A stretch of DNA of 64,000 bases from Minisyncoccia bacterium (lineage in GTDB: Bacteria; Patescibacteriota; Minisyncoccia; UBA6257; 2-01-FULL-56-20). Shown piece after piece: positions 48,430 through 56,959 of the stretch. The position numbers and the translations under genes were made by a program. The notes beneath the pieces were generated by a model. That model saw only the letters and a program-made list of their open reading frames with translations, did no database searches and was not told where the DNA came from. The number at the start of each line of letters is the position of its first letter. Position 1 is the stretch's first letter. The DNA is taken from NCBI GenBank assembly GCA_050008535.1, contig JBEKML010000001.1, positions 66,246 through 130,245 on the forward strand, written 5' to 3'.

Positions 48430-48966
48430 TCATAAACTTGCTGTGGTGGGGCAAAAACTAAGGGGAAAAGAGCGGCCGCTCAGGGCATTGCTTGCATCAT
48501 AGGGAATCCCTTCCGAAACGGAGAGTTTGCAGGCATCTTTCTGGGTTATGCCGAGGAGACCAAGAAAACCGGCCTCTGCGGTGACTTGCCACGCACTGAA
48601 CGGCTGGCTCGTTATGGCGATCCAAAAACTACCATTCCCGGTGTCGTACGAAATGAAATAATTGGGTGTTACCGCGAGGAGCGCATTGCCGTCGGAATCT
48701 ATTTTGGGATCCAAAAGATAAAAATTTTTCACGACGACGCTCCCCCTCGGCGTCCCAAGTGTCAAGGTGGGACCTTTCGGCGCATCCGGCATCGCTTGCG
48801 ATGCCGGAACCCCGCCGAAATTCGCAGAAACGCCGCTTGTAGGAACGCCCCCGTTTCCCGATGAAGCGGGCGTGGGCGATGGTGAACCCCTAAAAAGAAC
48901 GAAGGCAGCGACTGCCGCCGCGATTATGACAAGAATGGCAACTATTATAAGAATGATGTTTTTCAT
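48430..48966 (-). CDS. N-terminally anchored exported hypothetical protein
   Basis: TM anchor, then a Pro/Ser/Gly-rich linker and a beta-rich domain. Confidence 0.5.
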   Translation of the reverse strand: MKNIILIIVAILVIIAAAVAAFVLFRGSPSPTPASSGNGGVPTSGVSANFGGVPASQAMPDAPKGPTLTLGTPRGSVVVKNFYLLDPKIDSDGNALLAVTPNYFISYDTGNGSFWIAITSQPFSAWQVTAEAGFLGLLGITQKDACKLSVSEGIPYDASNALSGRSFPLSFCPTTASL

Positions 48967-48978
48967 GCGTGATGGTCT

Positions 48979-49770
48979 TTAACATCCGCCTCCGGGAGCG
49001 GAACGTATATGAACATTATCCCCCGTGGTGGTGTCATATCTGGTGCCGCCGCATCCTGTATATTCATTAAGAACCGATGTGTTGCAATTCTGCGCGGCGC
49101 GCTTAATGGCCTGCACATCGCTACAGTTTCCGCTATTCACTTGGATATCCACGCAACAGCCATTGTTGTGGCACAACGAAGTATGGCGAACGGTCGGCGG
49201 CATCGCTTCGGTAATAGTAATCCCCGGCGCACCATTTTGTTGCAAACACTTGAGAGTATCCACCATCCCTTGTGCCGCCGAGCAGCTGTTCACGCCGCCG
49301 GGCTGTTGGCTCGCCGGCTTACAGGCAAATCCACCACCGGAAAGTGATTGACACGATCCACTGGCACATCCGGTCGCGCCGGTGCCGGGACCGGTGCCAG
49401 CACCGGCTCCCGGCCCCGCCGACGTCCCGCTAAGCGCCGTAACCCCCATGATCTGCAAGGAAACAAGTTGGGGGTTGATGGTATAGAGGATGATATAGGC
49501 ACCCACCAGGAGTAGGAGCCCAAGGAGGGCGTTCGTGATCCAGCTCTTGCCTTCGGTCTCCGATGAGGGATTCCCCTTCCCTGTGGCATACCTGATCCCG
49601 CCCCAGACGATGGCCCCGAAGGCGAGGATGCCCGCAAAGGCAAGAGCGAGCTGGTAGAGCCCCGTGATATACGTCGCAGGGTTCGTGGCGACGCCTGCCG
49701 GCATGCCGGGGAGATTTGGGTTTATGGTGACCGTCGCGTCGGCAAGCGCTTTCAAAATAAAAAGGTGCAT
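48979..49770 (-). CDS. TrbC/VirB2-like pilin core fused to a C-terminal Cys-rich domain (paralog 5)
   Basis: Pilin-like core ATGKGNPSSETEGKSWITNALLGLLLLVGAYIIL. A (PG)(TG) linker. A C-terminal domain of about 120 aa with at least 12 Cys. Confidence 0.55.
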   Translation of the reverse strand: MHLFILKALADATVTINPNLPGMPAGVATNPATYITGLYQLALAFAGILAFGAIVWGGIRYATGKGNPSSETEGKSWITNALLGLLLLVGAYIILYTINPQLVSLQIMGVTALSGTSAGPGAGAGTGPGTGATGCASGSCQSLSGGGFACKPASQQPGGVNSCSAAQGMVDTLKCLQQNGAPGITITEAMPPTVRHTSLCHNNGCCVDIQVNSGNCSDVQAIKRAAQNCNTSVLNEYTGCGGTRYDTTTGDNVHIRSAPGGGC

Positions 49771-49786
49771 TTAGTTAAGTTGCTCT

Positions 49787-50380
49787 TTATTCACAATTCC
49801 ACACACCATTATCAGCATGAAGGTGGCACGATAGTGGCGATTTGCAGTTTGTTTCGCAAGCCCTAAGGAGGTCGGTCGACCCTGCCCCCGTGGTCGAATT
49901 GTCCCCTTGAGAAGACTGAGGACGTTCCACGCTGCATGCCGGGCCACCGAATCCCCCGATGTCTGTCACCTTTAAAACGTTCACGAAAACAGAGATGATA
50001 AGATACGCGCAGAGTACGATAAGCAGCCCGATCACGACCCTCGTCGCCCTGTCCCTTGCAGCGCTTATTCCTTGGGGATTCCCCTGTGAAAGAATAAGCG
50101 ATATCCCGCTCCACGCGATCATGATCGGTGCGATGATCCAGATCACGACGCCGATGCCGAAATAGATGACGTTCGCCGCGGTGCTCACGAGGTCGCAGAG
50201 GTCCTCACAATTTTTGGTGTCCGTGCCACCCCCGGTGCCGGCCCCGGTGCATGAAATGAGCGGCCCTCCTAGGATGCTTGGGCTCCACACATTGCTGTGG
50301 ATCGCCGCAGACGCAACGTACGGCAACGCGGTAGCCATAAGGATCACAACAAGCGGGAGAAGATACGCAATTTTCTTCAT
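49787..50380 (-). CDS. TrbC/VirB2-like pilin core with Cys-rich N- and C-terminal extensions (paralog 6)
   Basis: Core LSQGNPQGISAARDRATRVVIGLLIVLCAYLII. Flanking Cys clusters CTGAG...NCEDLCD and ACSVE...CETNCKSPLSCH. Confidence 0.55.
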   Translation of the reverse strand: MKKIAYLLPLVVILMATALPYVASAAIHSNVWSPSILGGPLISCTGAGTGGGTDTKNCEDLCDLVSTAANVIYFGIGVVIWIIAPIMIAWSGISLILSQGNPQGISAARDRATRVVIGLLIVLCAYLIISVFVNVLKVTDIGGFGGPACSVERPQSSQGDNSTTGAGSTDLLRACETNCKSPLSCHLHADNGVWNCE

Positions 50381-50387
50381 ATCTGTA

Positions 50388-51671
50388 TTATCGCATAAGT
50401 TGCGTTACGGCGGCTTCCGCCTCTTTGAGCGCCCTTACGGAGTCCTCCGCGCCGGTCAAAACATTCTTGATCGCGGTATCGAAGATGGCATCTATCCTTG
50501 CAGCGTCGGCTTCGTGCCATGACCGTGCCGTAAGCGCCTGCAGAGCGAAAACGGAAAGGTTGGGATCATTCGCATCGCCCTGGATCACGGTGCGGAGAGC
50601 GGGCGGTTTCCCCGTGGCATTCTGGTATGCCGTCGCATTTGCAGGGACGGTCGTCAAATAAAGGATGAGGTTCCATGCCACGGCCGCCTGCCCCGTCCGC
50701 GCCGCCACGAAACCGTCGTAGTTTGGATAATTCACCGCAACGCTCGCGCCTTTGGCCTGCGGCACCGGCGCAATGCCAATGTTAAGGAACGGCGCCTTTG
50801 CCCTTATCTTTGCAAAATCCGACTGATAGGCGAAAATGATCGCCGTCTTCCCGGCAACGAAACTATCAACGGCGTTCCCCATCGCGTCGTTCCAGGCGTA
50901 GTACGGCGAGGCGGCATTCGCGAACTGGAGGTAAAAATTGAACGCGCCAATGCCCGTCGCGCCGCTATCCTGCCCTGCAAAGGTTGCCGCGGTATTGCCG
51001 TCGTTCGTCATCTGCGTCCCATTCTGAAGCATAAGGAGAGAAAGAATGTCCGGCGCGTGGGGGACGCCCGCAAGCGACCCGCCGATCGCCGCTGCGGCCT
51101 GTGTCAATTTACCTTGCGCATCCACTGCGCGGAGCCGCACGACATCCGCATCAAAGTCGTCCCATGTTTTTGGGAGGATCGCGATGCCGGCAGAGTTCAG
51201 GAGGTCCTTGTTGTACACCATGACAAGCGTGTCAATGGAAAGCGGGAGTCCGTAGATCTGCCCGTTTGAAGTGAAATCCCGCGCCACAACATCCGGGAAT
51301 TCGCTCTGAAGCGCAAGGAAGTTGAATTGCGTTGACGAGGTGGGGAACGGCGCAACGGCCGACTTCCACTTCGGCAGATCGCGGTTGTTTATTTCAAACA
51401 CGTCGGGGCCCGTGCCTGCCGCGAGCGCGGAAAGGAGCCGGCTCGCGTAATTCGCGGCGTCAACCTCCACGTAATTTATTTTGCCGTACGGATAGGACGC
51501 AAGAATGCTTCCGAGCACTGTGCTGTTTTCCGTGCCCCAAACCGTAAGCGTGACCGCGGGGCCCGTATTTGTTTTTGGTCGCAGCCCCCAAAAGATAAGG
51601 AAGAAAATGACGATCACAAGAACCGCCCCGCCGATGATGATAGTGACCTGTTTTTGGGAAAATTTTGGCAT
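50388..51671 (-). CDS. extracellular solute-binding protein (ABC transporter SBP family 1-like), N-terminally anchored
   Basis: TM anchor, then TLTVWGTE...GPDVFEIN, which is typical of sugar-type SBPs. Confidence 0.7.
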   Translation of the reverse strand: MPKFSQKQVTIIIGGAVLVIVIFFLIFWGLRPKTNTGPAVTLTVWGTENSTVLGSILASYPYGKINYVEVDAANYASRLLSALAAGTGPDVFEINNRDLPKWKSAVAPFPTSSTQFNFLALQSEFPDVVARDFTSNGQIYGLPLSIDTLVMVYNKDLLNSAGIAILPKTWDDFDADVVRLRAVDAQGKLTQAAAAIGGSLAGVPHAPDILSLLMLQNGTQMTNDGNTAATFAGQDSGATGIGAFNFYLQFANAASPYYAWNDAMGNAVDSFVAGKTAIIFAYQSDFAKIRAKAPFLNIGIAPVPQAKGASVAVNYPNYDGFVAARTGQAAVAWNLILYLTTVPANATAYQNATGKPPALRTVIQGDANDPNLSVFALQALTARSWHEADAARIDAIFDTAIKNVLTGAEDSVRALKEAEAAVTQLMR

Positions 51672-51675
51672 CGTG

Positions 51676-54105
51676 CTAAATGACGACAGTCCCCGCCAGG
51701 CGGTCGCCGCCCTTAAGGTTCATGATGTGGACGCCTTGCGCCGCGCGGCCGGTCGTACGCACTGTTTCGAGCTTCGTACGAATCATCTGGCCTTTTGCAG
51801 AAAGCGCGAAAAGCTCTTTCTCTTCGGTCACGACATGCGCCGAAAGCAGCATCCCCGTCTTCTGGGTTACCTCCGCCGTCTTGATCCCGGAGCCGCCGCG
51901 GCTTTGCGTCTTGTATTCTTTAAGCGCCGTCTGCTTCGCAAAACCGTTCTCCATGACGACGAGAAGCTTTGCTTCTCCTCCTTTGATTATATCAAAGCCC
52001 GCAACCTCGTCGTTCTGTTTTTTAAGCTTGATCGCGCGGACGCCTGCGGCCGTGCGGCCCATCGGACGCACCTGTTTTTCTTCAAAACGGATGGATTGCC
52101 CCTGCCGCGTGGCCAAGATCACCTGGTCTCCGCCGCCCGTGAGCTTCGCCCACTTCAAGTGGTCCCCTTTCTTTAGGGAAATTGCGATGATGCCCGTCCG
52201 GCGGATGGCGAGAAACTCCTCAAGCGGCGTCTTTTTGACCACGCCGTGCCTTGTCACCATCATAAGATATTTTTTCTTCTCGCCCTTCGCGGAATAGTTC
52301 ACGATCGCGCTCACGGTTTCGTCCGCCGGGAGTTCCAGGAAGTTCTGAATCGCCTTGCCCTTCGCGGTGCGCGTCGCCTGCGGGATCTCGTACACCTTTG
52401 TCTGGAACACGCGCCCGCGATTTGTGAAGAACAAAACATTGTCGTGCGTCCGCGCGCTGAAGAAATGCGAGAGGAAATCCTCTTCCGCCACTTCCGAACC
52501 GATCAATCCCTTCCCGCCGCGCTTTTGCACTTTGAAGGTGCTCGGCGGCAGGCGTTTGATGTAACCGCCGCCCGAGACCGTCACGATCGCATCCTCGTCC
52601 ACAATAAGATCTTCGTCGCTCACCGCGGCGATCCCGTGCGCCACCACCTGCGTCCGCCGTTCGTCACCGTATTTTTCCTTCAATGCATGGACTTCATCCT
52701 TGATGATCTTTAGGATCTTTGCAGGGCTCTTTAAAATGAGCGTGAGTTCTTCAATAAGCGCCTTTTTTTCTTTCAATTCCGCTTCTATCTTTTGGTGCTC
52801 AAGCGCCGCGAGCGTTTGCAGGCGCATTTCCAAAATCGCCGTCGCCTGCACGTCGCTCAATTTAAATTGTTTTACAAGGTTCACGTGCGCCTCTTCTTTG
52901 TCCTTCGATTTCTTGATCGTCGCGATCACGCGATCAATGGCGTTCAGAGCTTTCGCAAGCCCTTCCAGGATGTGTGCACGCTCCTCGGCTTTCTTAAGAT
53001 CGAACTGCGTGCGGCGTTTCACCACCTCTTTCCGATACGCCAAATACTCAACAAGGATATCCCGCAGGGAAAGGAGCCGCGGCTCAAGACCGTGCTCGCT
53101 CGCAACAAGCGCGGTCATGTTCATATTGAAATTCTTCTCAAGATCGGTGTGCTTGTAGAGCCAGTTCAGCACCTTTTGTGGCGATACGTCGTTCTTGAGC
53201 TCTATCACAATACGCATCCCTTCGCGGTCCGATTCGTCGCGCAGGTCGCGGATGCCCTCAATTTTCTTTTCCTGCGCTAATTCGGCGATCATCCGCACGA
53301 GCTCCGCCTTATTCACCTGGTACGGGATCTCGGTCACCACAATGTCGAACTGCTTGCCGGCCTTATTTTCCACGATCTCCGCCCTCGCGCGCGTGAGGAT
53401 CGCTCCGCGCCCCGAAACGTAGGCCTCTTTGATCGCTTTTGTGTCATAAATGATGCCGCCCTTCGGAAAATCCGGGCCCTTCACGAATTGCAAAAGGTCC
53501 TCGCTGGTCGCATCCGAATTATCCGAAAGATGCAGGATCGCGTCCGCGATCTCGCCCAGATTGTGGGTGGGGATGCTCGTCGCCATGCCGACCGCGATGC
53601 CCAAAGCGCCGTTCAAAAGAAGATTGGGCAGCTTTGCGGGAAATACCATCGGCTCTTCCCGCGTCGCGTCGTAATTCGGCATCCAATCAACCGTTTCTTT
53701 TTCAATATCAAAAAGCAGTTCCTCCGCGATCGCCGACATTTTCGCCTCCGTGTACCGCATCGCGGCCGGCGAATCCCCGTCCATGGAACCGAAGTTTCCC
53801 TGTCCGTGCACGAGCGGATAACGCAAAGAAAAATCCTGGGCCATGCGCACCAGCGTGTCATAGATCGCCGAGTCGCCGTGAGGGTGGTATTTCGCCATCG
53901 TCTCGCCCACGACGTTCGCCGACTTCCTGAACTTCGCGAGATGCGTAAGGCCCGCATCCCACATCGCCCACAGGACCCGCCGGTGCACCGGCTTCATCCC
54001 GTCGCGCACATCGGGCAGCGCGCGCGCGATGATAACCGACATCGCATAATCAAGGTAGGATTCGCTAAGCTCTTTGGTAATTTCCCTCTTTTCCAAATTG
54101 GGCAT
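51676..54105 (-). CDS. gyrA: DNA gyrase subunit A
   Basis: Active-site AAMRYTEAKM with catalytic Tyr. The QRDR region VGETMAKYHPHGDSAIYDTLVRMAQDF. C-terminal beta-pinwheel repeats. Confidence 0.93.
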   Translation of the reverse strand: MPNLEKREITKELSESYLDYAMSVIIARALPDVRDGMKPVHRRVLWAMWDAGLTHLAKFRKSANVVGETMAKYHPHGDSAIYDTLVRMAQDFSLRYPLVHGQGNFGSMDGDSPAAMRYTEAKMSAIAEELLFDIEKETVDWMPNYDATREEPMVFPAKLPNLLLNGALGIAVGMATSIPTHNLGEIADAILHLSDNSDATSEDLLQFVKGPDFPKGGIIYDTKAIKEAYVSGRGAILTRARAEIVENKAGKQFDIVVTEIPYQVNKAELVRMIAELAQEKKIEGIRDLRDESDREGMRIVIELKNDVSPQKVLNWLYKHTDLEKNFNMNMTALVASEHGLEPRLLSLRDILVEYLAYRKEVVKRRTQFDLKKAEERAHILEGLAKALNAIDRVIATIKKSKDKEEAHVNLVKQFKLSDVQATAILEMRLQTLAALEHQKIEAELKEKKALIEELTLILKSPAKILKIIKDEVHALKEKYGDERRTQVVAHGIAAVSDEDLIVDEDAIVTVSGGGYIKRLPPSTFKVQKRGGKGLIGSEVAEEDFLSHFFSARTHDNVLFFTNRGRVFQTKVYEIPQATRTAKGKAIQNFLELPADETVSAIVNYSAKGEKKKYLMMVTRHGVVKKTPLEEFLAIRRTGIIAISLKKGDHLKWAKLTGGGDQVILATRQGQSIRFEEKQVRPMGRTAAGVRAIKLKKQNDEVAGFDIIKGGEAKLLVVMENGFAKQTALKEYKTQSRGGSGIKTAEVTQKTGMLLSAHVVTEEKELFALSAKGQMIRTKLETVRTTGRAAQGVHIMNLKGGDRLAGTVVI

Positions 54106-54106
54106 G

Positions 54107-54412
54107 TTAGTGCGGCGGTTTTATTAAATATTCGCGCGGCGCCTGCAGGATGTTCCCCAAGCCATGAAGGGTGCCTATGATCCCCTGGTACATGTTCTGC
54201 CAGATGCTCACGCCGTAAGAGGGCTGGGGCGTGGACGATGAAACTTCCACCGGCTGCGAAACTCCCGCAACGAGGTTATTGAAATACGCAAGCCAAATAT
54301 AGATCACGACAACCATGGCGATCGCGGTCGTGATGATAAGCACTCTCTTTTTGGTCGGCTCGTCGAGCGATTGAAGCTCTTCGAGGAAACCCCTTCTTTG
54401 TTCCCGTGGCAT
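54107..54412 (-). CDS. small single-TM hypothetical protein
   Basis: It begins 2 nt after gyrA ends and has one TM helix. Confidence 0.45.
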   Translation of the reverse strand: MPREQRRGFLEELQSLDEPTKKRVLIITTAIAMVVVIYIWLAYFNNLVAGVSQPVEVSSSTPQPSYGVSIWQNMYQGIIGTLHGLGNILQAPREYLIKPPH

Positions 54413-54421
54413 TGGTGCGGA

Positions 54422-54997
54422 TTAGCTCTCGCTTAGAACGACCGGCCGCCCTTTGTCGCCCATAATATCCTTCTGCTTGAAGACGAATTTCTCCGCTTTC
54501 TCGGCCTTCTTGCCAAGCGCCTTCAAGAACTCATCCGGGCTCTTCGCAAAGCTCGGTACGATAATTCTCGCCTCAAGTTGTTTTGCGATCTTTGCCGCGA
54601 CTTCCGGCTCCAGAAAATGCCCGCCGCCTACGGGGAGAACAAGGAGGTCCGGCTCCAAAAGTTCCTCCATAAGCGCAGCATCGATCGGCTTCGAAAGATG
54701 CCCCAAGAAGACAAATTTCATTTCCTCCCAATAGACCACGTAGACCGTTTTCAAGAATTTTTCCGTAGATTCGCCCGCGATCGGAAATCCAAGGATTTCT
54801 ATCCCTTTTATTTCATATTCTCCGGGAAAAGCGATCTCAAGGGAATCGTCCGCTTCGCGCGCGAGCGGATTTTCCACCGCGACGAGGGTTTTTAACACAA
54901 CATCCGCCTTGAGGCGGTTGTTCTCCGGGTTCACGAGGATCGAGGTCTCCCCGCTTTGCAGCCGAAAGGCCCCGTTTCCAAAATAGGTGAGGACCAT
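54422..54997 (-). CDS. MBL-fold metal-dependent hydrolase-like protein (UPF0173-like, short)
   Basis: The N-terminus MVLTYFGNGAFRLQSGETSILVNP resembles the start of UPF0173 hydrolases. Confidence 0.4.
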   Translation of the reverse strand: MVLTYFGNGAFRLQSGETSILVNPENNRLKADVVLKTLVAVENPLAREADDSLEIAFPGEYEIKGIEILGFPIAGESTEKFLKTVYVVYWEEMKFVFLGHLSKPIDAALMEELLEPDLLVLPVGGGHFLEPEVAAKIAKQLEARIIVPSFAKSPDEFLKALGKKAEKAEKFVFKQKDIMGDKGRPVVLSES

Positions 54998-55085
54998 ATA
55001 CGCTCATTTTACCAAAAAAACGGCGCGAAAACAAGCGCGCGGCGCCCCTTGCCATACGTTTATTTTTCCTCTATAGTCACCCCTA

Positions 55086-56168
55086 ATGCCTCAAACAGAC
55101 ACGAATATCGCACAGGTTCTGAAGATCGAGCTTTCGTCCGCGGACTGGCCGAAGGAAGGGAGTGTTGTTGAAGTGACACTCATGAAAAAGGTGCCGCGGA
55201 AGGCCTACTTCGACATGGGCCGCTTCGGCACGGGCATCGTCTACGGCGCGGAAACAACGAACGCCAAGGAGATCCTCCGCAACCTGAATCCCGGCGACAA
55301 ATTACACGCGAAGATCATCGCTCTGGACGGCGAAGAGGGAAATATAGAGCTTTCATTGTCGGAGGCGGGCAAACAAAAACTCTGGCAGCAGGCAAAAGAG
55401 CTCGCGGAAACAGGAGAGGTCGTGAAAGCAAAGATTGTCGGCGCAAATGCAGGCGGACTTATGACTGCCGTTTCCGAAGAGCTCAAGGCGTTCCTCCCGG
55501 TTTCGCAACTTTCTCTTGAACACTATCCAAAAGTGCCCGACGGCGATCGCACGAAGATCGCCGAGGAACTTAAAAAATTCATCGGCGAAGAGCTCTCGGT
55601 GAAGATTATTGACGTAAATCCCCGCACCAACAAGATCATCGTCTCGGAGCGCGAAGTGCTCTCGGCGAACGTAAAAGAGCTGCTCGCCGCCTATGCCGTG
55701 GGGCAGGTGGTGGATTGCATCGTCTCGGGCGCAGCCGATTTCGGCATTTTCGTCCGGTTCACCGATAATCCGCAGATCGAAGGCATGATCCACATCTCGG
55801 AACTGGACTATAAACTGATCGATAATCCCAAAGAGCTCGTGAAGGTGAATGATCAGCTGAAAGCGAAGATCGTGGACATCAAAGAAGGCCGCGTTTTTCT
55901 CTCCTTGAAAGCGCTTAAGGAAGATCCATGGACAAAGCTCGGCGATAAATGGAAGCCCGGCGATGTCGTGCAGGGCCGCGTGTACAAGTTCAATCCGTTC
56001 GGCGCGGTGGTGGCGCTCGAGGATGATCTCCAGGGCGTGGTGCACATCTCCGAATTCGGTGGCGCCGACGAAATGAAGAAGGCGCTCGCCGTAGGCGAGA
56101 CCTATCCCTTTGTCATTGATGCCGTGAAAACAGAGGAGAAGAGGATCATGCTGAAGGTAAAGAAATAG
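55086..56168 (+). CDS. ribosomal protein S1-like protein with four S1 domains
   Basis: Repeated S1 OB-fold units, for example GDVVQGRVYKFNPFGAVVAL. Confidence 0.85.
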   Translation: MPQTDTNIAQVLKIELSSADWPKEGSVVEVTLMKKVPRKAYFDMGRFGTGIVYGAETTNAKEILRNLNPGDKLHAKIIALDGEEGNIELSLSEAGKQKLWQQAKELAETGEVVKAKIVGANAGGLMTAVSEELKAFLPVSQLSLEHYPKVPDGDRTKIAEELKKFIGEELSVKIIDVNPRTNKIIVSEREVLSANVKELLAAYAVGQVVDCIVSGAADFGIFVRFTDNPQIEGMIHISELDYKLIDNPKELVKVNDQLKAKIVDIKEGRVFLSLKALKEDPWTKLGDKWKPGDVVQGRVYKFNPFGAVVALEDDLQGVVHISEFGGADEMKKALAVGETYPFVIDAVKTEEKRIMLKVKK

Positions 56169-56238
56169 ACACGAAGCATATACCTTTTGAAACGAGTACT
56201 CAGAAGGGCTCGTTTCAAAAGGTATATGCTTCGTGTCT
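56167..56238. repeat. hairpin repeat copy D (core in reverse orientation at 56194-56211, G-variant)
   Basis: The 27-bp perfect arms agacacgaagcatataccttttgaaac/gtttcaaaaggtatatgcttcgtgtct flank GAGTACTCAGAAGGGCTC. The element starts within the stop codon of the S1 gene. Confidence 0.85.
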
Positions 56239-56300
56239 GCAACTTGTTTCCGATTGAGAAACGCGATAAGATAAAACCGCTTCTTTAACAAGGAGTGGAT

Positions 56301-56372
56301 GCCGCGGTAGCTCAGTGGCAGAGCGCAGCCCTGAAGAGGCTGGCGTCGGGTGTTCGATTCACCCCCGCGGCA
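56301..56372 (+). tRNA. tRNA-Phe (GAA)
   Basis: Acceptor stem gccgcgg/ccgcggc. Anticodon stem cagcc/ggctg with loop ctGAAga. T-arm gggtg-TTCGATT-caccc. Confidence 0.8.
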
Positions 56373-56384
56373 CACAACAAGCAA

Positions 56385-56452
56385 GGACAAAACAAAGATG
56401 GCTTGGGGAGAGCCCTTCTGAGTACTCTCTCCAAGCCATCTTTGTTTTGTCC
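56385..56452. repeat. hairpin repeat copy E (core forward at 56410-56427, G-variant)
   Basis: The 25-bp arms ggacaaaacaaagatggcttgggga/tctccaagccatctttgttttgtcc carry one G/A mismatch, which would be a G-U pair in RNA. They flank GAGCCCTTCTGAGTACTC. Confidence 0.8.
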
Positions 56453-56456
56453 CAAG

Positions 56457-56537
56457 TCGGGCCGCTGGGAATTGAACCCAGTCTGCCTGTACCCAAAACA
56501 GGTGTACTACCGGTATACGACGGCCCGTAATGCCTCT
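56457..56537 (-). tRNA. tRNA-Pro (TGG)
   Basis: On the minus strand. Acceptor stem cgggccg/cggcccg. Anticodon stem cctgt/acagg with loop ttTGGgt. T-arm ctggg-TTCAATT-cccag. Confidence 0.7.
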
Positions 56538-56588
56538 TTAAACTATCTTATTTTCATTGTAGAATCAATGCGTTAAAAGCCCCCGTAG

Positions 56589-56660
56589 CTCAATGGATAG
56601 AGCAGAGCTCTTCTAAGGCTTTGATGTGGGTCCGATTCCTACCGGGGGCGCACTAGGCCT
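56589..56660 (+). tRNA. tRNA-Arg (TCT) (tentative isotype)
   Basis: Acceptor stem gcccccg/cgggggc. Anticodon loop ctTCTaa closed by a wobble-containing stem. T-loop TCCGATT. Confidence 0.55.
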
Positions 56661-56959
56661 TTTCTATGCACAGCAGGCAATATAAAAATTTCTTATAATT
56701 AAGACAGGAGCCGCTCCGGAAAGGAGGGTCACCGTGCGGCTTTGGATGCATCGTCTCATTGTCCGCAAGATGAGGCGGACACCAAGAAGCGGAAAGTGAA
56801 AGCGAGGTGATCCAAACTATCTTCCATGAAGGGCAATCGACGCGCTGGTGACGCGCATGCCCCGAGGGCCACTGACCCGCCGGCCAGGATGAAAAAGGCG
56901 GGTCTTCCATTTAAATACAATCTTGAATATTTTGTCCAGCAGTATTAAGGTGGTGGAAC

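Noticed and set aside
56653-56910. 85-aa minus-strand ORF between tRNA-Arg and tRNA-Val
   Set aside because: Its composition (Trp, Pro, Cys, His) is implausible and it has no RBS context. The region is more likely non-coding RNA or spacer.
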